In this document: positions 25,876-37,671 of the stretch, in pieces | Layout of the letters: each line of letters opens with the position of its first letter | Position numbering within the stretch: the first letter of the stretch is position 1 | NCBI RefSeq assembly: GCF_001194135.2 | Contig: NC_068984.1 | Location: 67,204,733-67,268,732 of the forward strand | Origin: Octopus bimaculoides | Taxonomy: Eukaryota | Direction of reading: 5' to 3' | DNA: 64,000 nucleotides | The notes under the pieces: model-generated | What the model saw: only the letters and a program-made list of their open reading frames with translations | What the model was told of the DNA's origin: nothing | Databases searched by the model: none | Program-made: the position numbers and the translations under genes

Positions 25876-28427
25876 AAATAAGTAAAATATACATACAAAC
25901 ACTCACACATACATACCTGTGTTATTTGAAGGAAGAGAACACTAAGTAGTTGTCAAATTTGACTACGAAGGTTGCATACTTAGCTTTTCTTGATCTTTGA
26001 ATCTCTAGAGATATCTGTGACTTCAGAAAATATCTGACTTGCTCAGGAATCTTGAGTGTTGCGTCAGGATGCAGCATTGCAACACGAAATTGAATTAAGT
26101 AGTTGCTTATTGTGTTCGCGCATTGACATCCTGTCTTTCATCTGGTGAGACAGGGGCCCTTTGCAACGACCAAGTGAACGCTCTCCTTGTCCTTCATGAG
26201 AGATTTTTAAGATATATTCTGTATAGCTGCGGATTCACGCGGGTTCCAGAAACTGCGATTTTGATGTATCCAAAGCGTTGATCATAGAGGCAATACTACA
26301 GTAGAGCCGGATATCTTATATGGATGAATTATCAGGATCATGAAAAGCATGCTGCGTAATGAACTTGTGTAATGAAAGCACCTCATAAGAAACATTGGAC
26401 AGATTTTAAGTACCGAGTTAATTTCTGAAAGCCTTTACAGTAAGCGAGGTCAATAGATATGATATTCTCTGTATGTTAAATTAATCGACATGCTCAGTTA
26501 TGCATATCAGACTGGGCAGCTAAGCTAAATCATAGTTTCTGTGCAGCAAAGCTAAATCATAGTTTCCATCGACTAAATACCTACAAATTTCACGTGTCCC
26601 AATGGACCGAGGATTGGTATGCTTTTTCGAATATATAAATGATAAGTAAGACGTGAAACTAGTCGCAGCGACCCCACTATTTCTGCTCACAACAAATTAA
26701 AATTTATAGTTTAAATAATTTAATTTTCATTGTAAGGTTAAAACTGTATGTTATTAAATAAGTAAACTATTTCTAATGATACAAGATTGCTGTGTCATTC
26801 ACTATTCTACACACAAATAAACTCACGCCATAGTAGTGTGTGCGCGTCGGTGATTCTGTAAGCATATATGTATTTACTTATTTTTAGATGTATGTGTATA
26901 CGGGGCATACGGTAAAGAAGTGTTACTACTCGTAATGTAATGGGTTGTTAATATAATACATGAAGGCAAATATTTAAAAGCTTCAGTATCGATATATATA
27001 TTCGATTCACTTTCTGATTTTTAATTAAATTCTTACCACGAACTAGAAGCTGATTACGAGTAATATATTATTAGAAATTTATAAGTAAATAAAAATCACC
27101 GACGTTTTCTGTTTTCCTACGCAGTAATGGAAAATATAAAATTATGAATAAAAAAAAACAGCAGAAATGTAAAAATAAATCAATAAAAATTAAGTTTATG
27201 CATGCCTGAAGATAAAATACATTGATTTATTCGGTAGTTTCCGATAAGTATTTAAAAACCATATATTCAACTGATCGCTAGCAATTGCGACAAGTGAACA
27301 TATAATCATCTGTTACGTTTGGGAATATTTATTGAGGACAAAACAATTGTAGTCAGCGAAGTGATTGCTTCAGTTTCAGGGCGACATTCACTTACTAGAA
27401 AAATCCTGTTATTTTGACGCCTTTTCTGACAGGTGGACGTATCTGATTCATACCTTGTAATTTTGTAGCCAACGTGATTGGTGTAAGCTAGTATTTGTCA
27501 CTAAATTTGCTCGAAGCAATGTATCAACTGATGACGGATGAAGCAATAATTCCATCTAGTCAAATAAAGTCTATAGACGCGTAATTGAGCAAACTAACTA
27601 GCTATAAAACTTACCAGAGTTTCCATCGACTAAATTGTATTTTATATTTCTTTTTATCTGTTTATTTTCTTGCTTTGCCTGTCTTTTCGTTTAGTACATT
27701 CAGAAAGAAAATTGTATATTTAACAAAACAACATATTTGCTTCATTTAGAGTTACAAATAGCGCCATAATACGATCAATAGTCTTGACTGCTGATTGGTC
27801 TATGGTTACTCTCGTTTTGGATTTGTTGCATTAGTTGTATGACGGTTGCCATTGTTTATGCTATGTCTCTACTCGAAATACTTGGATATAATTTGTATGA
27901 TTAGAAATTAAGTAGCTAATTCTATTTAATCTTCGCTATCATTCACCTCCACTATCATCCTTGCCTCTAATTGTTTGTAATGCATATGTTCTCTTTTTAG
28001 AGATTTGAAACAAGGCAGCATATGATTATCTGCTAAATAAATTCATTGTCTTGATAGGCTAGTTTATTTAATATTTTTCAACATACTGCTATGTAGTGAC
28101 TTAACATTTTTTACATCATATATTGAATGTTTTGATAAATACATACAGTGGTGTCATACTTGTTTTATGGATTAAGTTATAAAATTGTATTTCTTAACTA
28201 ATAATAAAAATATGAATCACTAAGTTTCTACCTGGAACTAAACAGCATTGCTGCTCGTAAAACATTCCTTCGCTTCGAGTGAGTATTGTAAATCATATAT
28301 TTCCTATTATATACAGAAATATGCAAAGACAGTTTACAGTATAAATTTCCATAACTTGATAGGAACAAAATATTATGCATATTCTTGTTAATACGTAATG
28401 AAAAACCACAAAGATTAGGTGACATTT

Positions 28428-28630
28428 CTGCACAAGGCCAGTAAGTTCGGGTAAGGGGTTAAGTCGGTTACATCGACCCTAGTGATCAACTGGTACTCAT
28501 TTTATCAACCCTGAAATGATGAAAGGCAAAATCAACCTCGGCGGAATTTGAACTCAGAGCGTAAAGACGGACGAAATGCCGCTAAGCATTTTGCTCGGCA
28601 TGCTATCGAGTCTGCCAGTTCACCGCCTTA
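28428..28630 (-). mobile_element. tRNA-derived SINE, family A, full length
   Basis: Collinear with 16041-16244, including aacctcggcggaatttgaactcag and ctgccagttcaccgcctt. Confidence 0.92.
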
Positions 28631-30220
28631 TCCACAGACGATTTATTATTGGTAAATTTACATCAAAGTTAAGTCTTTCAATCTTATATGTGCACCATTT
28701 TCCTTCAGGAATAGTAAAACTGAGGAGCGAATATCACTCTTTTACCTAACAATCTGACTGCGTTGAGTTATAAAGTAAAAGCATAAGCCTTATAGTGACT
28801 TGCGAACAACTGATATAACAGATTGTACCAAACGTTCGCTAATTGAGTCTTTGTGGTCGCAACCAGGCATAGATACCCTCTCATCTCTCCACTCCTTGAC
28901 CAGTGACAACTGGGGGGAGGGGAAATTGTCGGCTGGTACCGACTGAGTAAATTTCAGCAACGTAAAATAAAGAAAACAAAATGCATTTCATATTTTGAAT
29001 AACAGTTGGCATACATTTATACATCTTCACTTTGTGAAGACGTAAAAGAAATGCAGTTTAACTAATCGACTAATCATCTCCATGTGTCTGGAAGAAATAA
29101 CACTGCAGTAATACCGTCGTGTAATAATTTTACCAACTAGCGTGATATTATTCAACGAAATCTGTTACTTTTAAATTGTCTCTAAAATTATTCTACGTGT
29201 CACATCATATATTCAAATGTTATAGTCTTAATACCCTTATTGATGAAACGAAATTGAAGCCATAATCGAGATTTAACATAAGGTAACAAGTCCGAGCGTA
29301 AAGCATTATATAATCTTAACTATGTAACGATCTCGCAGTCATAATCAAACTTTTTACCATATTTGAACAGTGCTACATAAACCTATAAATTTAAGTATCA
29401 GAATAGAAATAAGAACATATATAAAAGGTGAAATTTTGACAGTTTCCACTCAAGTATATTAACTGAAGGAAGATTTTCCAGTAATCGTCATGAAAATGAA
29501 ACGATCATGGCTAGTTTAACATTATTTACGAGCTGCATACTCGCACAGTAATTATTCTTTTTCACATTGCTAGAGACAATATTTTCCGAGATAAGCTTAA
29601 AACATAAAGGTAGCTAGTTCAAAAATTTACAAAAATGTCTTAAGATCTTTTATTGAATGAAAAGTAGAAGTTTATGCAAATATCAATGCATAAATACCAC
29701 TCGTTAATTCAACAGTAAAAACAGGCCAACTAATTGCTCATCTAAAACTGCGGCCATTAAATATGATTGCAAATTGTAAATAGTGAAATCTGCATGTAAT
29801 TAATAATATTTGCATTAAAATTAGATATCAGAACGGAAGCGATGTGAGTCTCAGATCAATCGATAAATACGAAGACAAAATTGTTTTGAAATTCTTTTTG
29901 GCAATTCTTTCATAGGGATGTAAGAAAATGCTTCTGCTGTTCTGCCATTTTATGTAGCTATTGCATATTTCGGTATAAAACTGTAATATGAAAATATAAT
30001 AAAAAAAAATATAAGTGTAAAGCTGTATATAACACACAAGTAATGTTCTATATTGTGCAGAGAGTAAAATATTGCTCTGCAAATTGTTTTCGTTTCCTAA
30101 TCCGAGCGTTTTGTTTTCATTTTGCTCAACATGTATTTACTATTAGCACTGTTGCTGAGGACAGGACCTTTGGATAGGCAACGTGCACCATCTTTTTGTG
30201 CTAATATGTATCGCTTCAAA

Positions 30221-30395
30221 GGTAGTTCGATGGCAGAACTGTTACTGCGCTGAAAAAAATGCTCTGAGGCATTTCTTCCGACTTAATGTTCTGAGTTCAA
30301 ATGACGCCTGGGTCGAAGCACCAGTAGAGTACTGGGGTCGATGAAAACGAATTAACCGCTTCTCCGAAATTACTGGTCTTGTGCCAATCTTTGTT
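30221..30395 (+). mobile_element. SINE family A copy with an internal deletion
   Basis: tggcagaactgtta head, gttctgagttcaaat B-box, tactggggtcgat, ggtcttgtgccaa tail. Confidence 0.8.
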
Positions 30396-30741
30396 TTTTG
30401 AAACAATATATAGCTCTCCTTTCTTGGTAACATTTTGAAATTTTCCACTGAACTCTTTCAGAAACGATGTGCAATTTTTTATGTAACTTTTTTTTACTTG
30501 ACTACGTTTACTTAAGACTTCAAAAGCCATTGTATACAACTGAGGAGAATGAGTATATTTAAGAATTCACAGCTTATAAATGTTGCGTTCTTTTGCTGGA
30601 AGCAGTTCAGTATCTTCTCTAGAAGACTAAACAATATACAATGAATATTAACTTAAGCTACATGGTGGAATGCAAATGATTAATTGTATACTACCAATCC
30701 TTTCGTAGTCCCAAATCTAGTAAAGGCTACCAATTTTAGTA

Positions 30742-30885
30742 GAGGCTGCGAATTGTCAGAATCGTTAGAGCATCGAAACTTATGGTATTCATTCCGACTC
30801 TGCATTCTGAAGTCAAATCCCGCCGAGGTCAACATTACCGTTGATACTCCCGGGTCGATATATAAAGAACCAGTCCTCTCTGGAG
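30742..30885 (+). mobile_element. Diverged SINE family A copy
   Basis: tgtcagaatcgttag head; tcaaatcccgccgaggtcaac B-box region. Confidence 0.72.
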
Positions 30886-31746
30886 TTGTGTTTGTCTAGA
30901 TTGTACCTGTTGTTTTCATATTCATACAGCTTGATCATTATGTTCAGGATACACGTGAGTGTAGAATTCGTAGCCGTTTATATGTTAATTTCGCAAGTGA
31001 GAGTTTATTTAACGGAGCAACAGGTAACACTGCTGAGATATGTGTTTGGATGACGTTTTAAGTTACCACTCCTATTCTTATTGAATTTCTTTTTCAACAC
31101 TCATTTCTAACGCACATATACATAATATCAGAGTAATTCAGTTCAGGAAACTAGTCTGATGCTGGTGATCAATAGCTATAAGCGAATATGTGACGCATCA
31201 GTGATTTATATGAGTTAACGTTTAGCACATGGCTTCGAACAAACTCACGTACATAAAATTTTGAAACCAAATTAATGTAAATAAGACGTTTGTTCCTACA
31301 GCCATATTATGAAACAAATCTATATGCTTTTGATAAAACTCTTATCAATATTTAAATCTTTTGAATATAAAAATAAATAACACACACTAGTCCAAATAAA
31401 TGAAGGATAACAGTAATATATTTACAGATTAAAATAACAGCCAAAATGCAAAATATTAGAAAGTACTGTGCATCATAGCATGCTAATACTGACGGTATAG
31501 CTTGAATCAACAACGTATTATTTTATAACATTCTGAAGTTCTAATCTAATTAATAGAAATCAAGTATCTATCAAAGAATGGTTGATTATCTCAATGGCTT
31601 TCCATGTCATTTGAATTTATCATTGCTACAAGACAGCTTGAGTTCAAGTGATATGAAAATAACCAAGCTTATAATACACAAGGTGTTAGTGCATTTATAA
31701 TTTTATATATTTTCTAGATTGTCTAGTGGTATCTTTCATCCAAAGA

Positions 31747-31747
<1 letters not shown>

Positions 31748-31794
<47 letters not shown>

Positions 31795-31827
31795 GTTTTT
31801 GTTGTTATTATTATCATTATTATTGTA

Positions 31828-31869
<42 letters not shown>

Positions 31870-31905
31870 GTTTTTGTTGTTGTTATTATTATCATTATTA
31901 TTGTA

Positions 31906-31940
<35 letters not shown>
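31748..31940. repeat. (ATT)n microsatellite containing a duplicated interrupted block
   Basis: Directly visible; the block gttttt-gttgtt-attattatc-attattatt-gtagtt occurs twice, at ~31794 and ~31870. Confidence 0.95.
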
Positions 31941-31941
<1 letters not shown>

Positions 31942-34900
31942 TAATAGTTACCATTTTCACCATGATTAAGTGAAGTTATGACTTGTCGATGCTAAGTGGA
32001 TTATATTATACTCTTACATAATATCAATACAATGGTTAGTTTACTTAAGGTTAAAAATTACAACAGTAAGAATTTGAAGAAAGAAAGATCATATATCTCT
32101 TGAAAGTATATAAAGATATCACGCCAACGCTATCATTGTATAGAAATCGCCTTTCTGTCTGATATAGTATTCCTATATTGAGACAAGATAAATAGACGAA
32201 TCGCTTAGCTCAAAACGTCAGTTGAACAGGAACTCCACACGTTTCAAAATTTCCAAATGTGTTTTCCTTTTTTATGAAATAACGACCACAACCAACCATT
32301 TTGGCACTTGTATACGGAATCAGGACAAACAGCAAATCCTGTTACACTTGAAATGTTTTGCGAACGTGTATCACAACGGCTTCCATATGAAATTTTTAAT
32401 ATCTGTTAAATTATCGTCTTTTCTAGCGGCACATACAGATATGGGCGTGTCCCTTCTTCACTGTTGCAAATATTCCGGTCTGTCAAGAAGATTGATACAA
32501 AAGTATCTCGTATCAAACTGAAGGCCGTCTACAAATTTGTGTATCCTATTTTTCTTCATCTAACCTTTTTCATTTATAATGTTATTACATCTCTGTCAAA
32601 CAATCGATTATTCTGTTCTGTCGCTTAATCTTCGTACTTCTAGCATTTTATTCACGGTGCTGTTATCGGATGCCATTATCCGATATATATNNNNNNNNNN
32701 NNNNNNNNNNNNNNNNNNNNNNNNNNNNNNNNNNNNNNNNNNNNNNNNNNNNNNNNNNNNNNNNNNNNNNNNNNNNNNNNNNNNNNNNNNATATATATAT
32801 ACACACACACAAAACTGAACACACATACATTAGGTATGTGCGTTAGTTCGTGAGTCGCATGCATTTCAAGCACAAGCGAATATATTCTCAATGAGCCTGG
32901 TGTTAGAAACACCTGAAAGTAAGTGATAGGCAAGCGAGACAATTCCCATCTCGGCTCTTTTCGGAGCGATAGATATTGATGTGTTCTTATTGTTGTGCTT
33001 TTTCAACGCGGTATATCGAACAAGGCCAGCTGCAAGCCATATCGCCGACTATGATGCGAAAATAAGTTGGAAGAGTCATGGCTAGACCGGCTTTGAGCGA
33101 ACGTTTTACGGCCAGGTTCATTTAGAGGAACTGATTTTAAAAAGTTCCATGATATTTAAAAGTAAAGCGTATTTATATTAGTTTATTTCAGTCAGTCTAT
33201 AAATATTTTAATTAAATGGCGTGTTACATTTAGTATATTTTCATATTTGAATTCGTGTCCTGCAGTCTTTATCTATCTAAATTTCTTTAAATAAATTCAT
33301 TTTGATTGACTTATATACAATAATATCAAATTTTGATTCAAAATATCTATTTGGAAATATTTATGTCAAGCAATATTTTATATAAATAGAACACCAGAGA
33401 TCAAAAGATATTGATTGCATTGTACCTATAGACGAAAGGAAATAACCTAACATACGCAATGTGATAGTAAACATTTATTTTCATTTTAGATATTGCTGAA
33501 AGTTTAGAACAAAATGTACGCTTAAATTCCCTGCAGAAAATTGCGTAGATCTGTCGATATCATAGAATTAGTTACAAGCACATATAAAACATAGTAGATC
33601 TATTTCCTTCACAGTGTGGAGTTTGGAATTTCAGCTTCATACGATATGTTGAAAGTTTCTTGTCTAAAGAATACAATATGACGCTCAGAAAGGAAACTAC
33701 ATCAGTTTTAATGGGAAGTGATTTATGCAAGGGCCAAAAATTCGATATTGTTTTACATTTTTTCTGTACTTATTTAAGAGTATATCGGTTGTCTTAGTCA
33801 AGAGGTTGTTGTCCTTGCAATCAAAATGGCCGATGGTTCAAATAAAGCTAACAGGGTTGTTATTAACGCCTTCGTTTACACTCATTAACAGCAGCAAATG
33901 AGATCGTATAAGTCAGGAATGCTTCATTGTGTTGCATAGTTTGTCTTATGAGATATTGTTAACTGGTATATATGTCAAGAAAATTCGCCTTCGAAAACAT
34001 TGTACATACTTCATCTAAAGCGTTAATACGAGTGTAGTAAGGCAATTAACGATTCAGAGAAATGAAAATTAATCCTGACGAGGTACGAAATGACACACCA
34101 CTGGTAAAAATAACGAGTATATGAAATAACTGACTTTGCTATATAACAAAAGTAGTGCAGTAGATATCTTCAACATTTTGTTTCAGTGTTTATTGCAAAT
34201 AAATTAACACACAGTGCCTTGATTAAATAAAATGAAGATGGCACATGGATTGCCTTAAAAGAACTCGACTAATTTATGTCAACGGTTTCGCTTAAACTCT
34301 AAAATATATTATCAACATATATAGGCTTGAAAATTTTCTTTTCGGGGGCGGAGGGAATTTTGCAGTGCGTTAGTACCAACTAGAAATCGTAAATTAGGGT
34401 AGAAGAGGAGTATTTGGAGTTGAAACTTTTACACATTGCTGCTACCTCACACAAATTATTAGAAACGAGGCAAGTTATATTAAAAAAAAATATCATAGCC
34501 ACTATCATACTCTGGACTATATTAGTAGCAAAACAACGAAGAGAACTTGCATCAGGCTGCAGTTGAATACATAATGTGCACTCACTTTAGCTCATTGCTG
34601 TGACAGCTATCAGAAATAATGGGTTTAAAAAAAATAACACACGGTAAAATATCAAATTCATAAACAAAAGTTGAATGAGATTGTCTATTGGGACGTGGGT
34701 GAAAGAAAATGGTTTGAAGCAGAATCAAAAACAGGTCACGTATTTAGATCACGGGCAGATTATCCTTCACTTTACGCCGCTTTCTAAATCATGAAAAATA
34801 TGGTAATGTTAATTTAGTATTTTCCATTTGAGGCAGGATATTATTATATTATACATTGATATAACACTTTATATAATGCTTGATGATACTTCCAGCTCAT

Positions 34901-35086
34901 TCATCAAGTTTAAAGCTATTGTATTCGTATATTAACTCCACTACTATTTGCTTTCTATTCTCTTCATATATGGATCAGACAATGTGATAAGATAAAAGAA
35001 AATATATTCTCCACGTAAACATTTGATGCATATATTTCCATCTAATATATCGATATCATTTTAAATGAAAAGAGTTTCAGCGCACC

Positions 35087-35131
<45 letters not shown>

Positions 35132-35139
35132 TCTGTATA

Positions 35140-35194
<55 letters not shown>

Positions 35195-35519
35195 AAAGTA
35201 CTTATGAAAATAATGTGCACAAAAAAGAAAATTAGCTTTGCAACCACTTTGGATTCGATTTTACTGAGTGCGTGCGTTGGTTAAATGTCACGTATAGCTT
35301 CGAGTTGACCAATCTCATAAATGGAAACTAGACAGAATCCTCTGTGTATATTCACGCTCTGACAGACGCATACACACACAGACACACACACATACATACA
35401 CGCACACACGCACATACATACGCACGCATATATAGTTTGTTTATTCTTTTATTAGTTGTAGACTCAGCGCTACACACAAGCGGGTGCACCACCTGTACAA
35501 TTGGTACCGTTTCCTATCA

Positions 35520-36100
35520 ATTAAGATTCCACTTCCATCCCTTGCTTTTCATGCTGTGACATCAGCTTATCTGGCCTCACTGATATTAAAGTATCTAAGT
35601 ACTTCTTGAATACATAGATTTCTCTCCATATAGATTTCTCAAGTTCTTCGACAATATTTAAAAAATCTGTGGTGATTGGTATAGTTCGGGTATTGATAGA
35701 GTCACTCATAACGAAGTCTGGCGTTATCCTCCTCAAGGATTTTCCATGTCTATATTACTGTATAGCATTCCAGTTTTCATTCCGAGGAACAGAGCTTTCA
35801 GTGTCTCATCTGTTGCATTGAAGCAAACTTGTCACTGTAACATCAGTGGGCTCTTTCTAGATTTGCTTAGGTGACCATAGTGACAGGGGACAAATGTTCT
35901 GCAAAAGCAGCGTCGTTTCCTAATCTCTTGTACTAAATGATCACAGAATCCATCTTACCAGACTTATTTGCTATGATGCTAATGTGTACATGAAGCGATA
36001 CTTTACTTATATTGAATATCACCGTCGAAGTGCAATCCACCTAGATCATTTCTGTTTTGGTTGAGGAATGGCTGTACCACGATAGCTTGAAATTTTCCAT
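35520..36100 (-). mobile_element. Decayed CR1/L2-group LINE, C-terminal end of ORF2
   Basis: Minus-strand pieces DLGGLHFDGDIQY (the DLGV..D motif), HVHISIIANKSGKM, ..RTFVPCHY.., YRHGKSLRRITPDF and EIYVFKKYLDTLISVRPDKLMSQHE resemble the RT thumb and C-terminal FK..LD..L...PD region of CR1-like elements. Many disruptions. Confidence 0.7.
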
Positions 36101-36179
36101 CCATCCATCCACACACGCTTTCGCGCCTACCTACACACATACACCGACAAACAGACAGACAGACATAGGCACATTATGA

Positions 36180-36620
36180 CTGAGGGGGTTGGGAAATACG
36201 CGCTTCCCAATCGGCTAGTCATAGTTTTGTTTCCACCGTATGCCACCTTGGGCAAGTTTTAATGTCTATAGCATCCGATTAATCCATATTTTTTCAATGA
36301 AATTGGACTGGCATAAACTGTGTAGAAGCTCGTTGGATGGATTATACTTGTAATTTCAAAGTCCAACCTCGGCCAGCAGATTTCACTCGAAGATTTCATT
36401 GAGAGTAGACAGGCCTGCAAAATGCTCACCGACTTATACGCTAACATAATGATCACAACTTTAGTTGACTGAATATTTGAATACTCATCGTCAGGATGGA
36501 ATAAGTACTAGGCTTTAAAATAATAATACGTAGTGGGAATAGCTACTACAAAATGCTTCAAGGCGGTGCGACATCATGCTCGCACTCTAATAACTAAAAC
36601 AAATAAATGATAAAAGATAT
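36180..36620 (+). mobile_element. Mosaic SINE: family B head, family C-like middle, family B tail
   Basis: Head ends in gccaccttgggcaag and aaactgtgtagaagctcg (compare the reverse complement of 58200-58336). The middle, ttgtaatttcaaag..gcacgctaa-like..gttgactg, parallels the reverse complement of 45640-45800. The tail is ggaataagtactaggct..tcaaggcggtgc. Confidence 0.6.
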
Positions 36621-36706
36621 ATATATATATTCATTCCATTAACTTTCAACTTTTACACACCAACACCGGTTCTGAAACGGTGGTGGAGGACAACAGACAC
36701 AAAGAC

Positions 36707-36785
<79 letters not shown>

Positions 36786-37639
36786 GTCGGCGTACGTAAA
36801 GTTTGGTCTCTTATATGTAAGTATATATTTACTTAAATTTTGTACGACTCTATTCTTTCTTTCTCTCAGCCCTTTCACGCTTATTCGTTCAATCCACTGT
36901 TCGTTCTTTCGTTCCCCATCTCTCACTTTTCCATGCCTTCTCTTCTTGCTCACTTTCCCTCCTCTTTTCACTTCATTGTGTCCTTGCCAATTTGTCTCGC
37001 CCCTCCTTAATTCTTCTGTCCCTCTGCCTCTACCTCTCTCTCTTCTCTCCCCACGTGACAGATGTTCGGCCAAGCCTGATCTTTGTTTCTTGGATCGGCC
37101 GTCGTCCATGCAACATCTATATTCCTCCCTGTGCATGTGAAATCTTGTATCCCTGCCGTAAAGCTTTATTTCCACACACGCCAGCTTAATTTCATTCGTC
37201 CTTAGTAGAAAGACACCTGTTGTTATGTCCTGTTATTTGTATTTGTGTAACATTCTCTGTTTTTTTCCGTCCTTGTTTTCGTATACATTCGCTGCTTTCT
37301 TCCAAGGAATCTAATGGTCTTCGCTTAGTTTTTTCTTGGGGCTGGCCAGATTGGAACAATCATGAGTATAACCAGCCGAAATTGCAAAGATAATCTGGAA
37401 CTCGACTGAGGAAAGAAAACTCCGAATGACTCGTCCTTGTATCGTCTAACTGGATATCGCGACGCCATGATAGATCGCTGACCAAACCATTCAATTTTTT
37501 TTCTCCGTGTTTTTCTCCTTGTTTTCTCCGTATTCTTTCTGTTGAAGAGTGTAGCTCGAAACGTTAAATACTTTCTGTATTCCCGAGCGTTAAACTAATA
37601 CATCCCTTTGTTGTTTACACCACCTGTCCTCGTCTGTTG
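36786..37639 (+). mobile_element. Non-autonomous Penelope-like (pseudo-LTR-type) element, ~850 bp, flanked by (TA)n
   Basis: Non-coding, with a pyrimidine-rich body and (TA)n on both sides. Its 3' region carries ctgttgaagag..ctcgaaacgt followed by a T/G-rich tail, the signature 3' motif of Penelope-like pseudo-LTRs. Classification is by motif recognition, not a search. Confidence 0.65.
37530..37571 (+). ncRNA. Minimal type-I hammerhead-ribozyme-like motif with a non-canonical core
   Basis: gta-ttc-ttt | CTGTTGA | a | GAGT gta GCTC | GAAA | CGT T | aaa-tac. Helix I is ttt/aaa plus gta/tac around a 3-nt bulge; helix II is 4 bp with one G.U; helix III is the palindrome ACGT. The core differs from CUGANGA at position 6. 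Confidence 0.55.

Positions 37640-37671
<32 letters not shown>

Noticed and set aside
26000-26450. GC-richer, coding-like stretch with faint gag-like wording (NCDFDV..)
   Set aside because: All frames are interrupted and no diagnostic motif could be pinned down; it needs a profile search before any call.
32427-32628. Plus-frame peptide ..KKIDTKVSRIKLKAVYKFVYPIFLHLTFFIYNV.. loosely like a Cys-loop receptor M4 segment
   Set aside because: Spacing is wrong, charged residues sit in the would-be helix, and no other receptor exons are seen.
37406-37440. CTGAGGA..GAAT as a second hammerhead in the Penelope-like element
   Set aside because: GAAT instead of GAAA, and no workable helix I or III.
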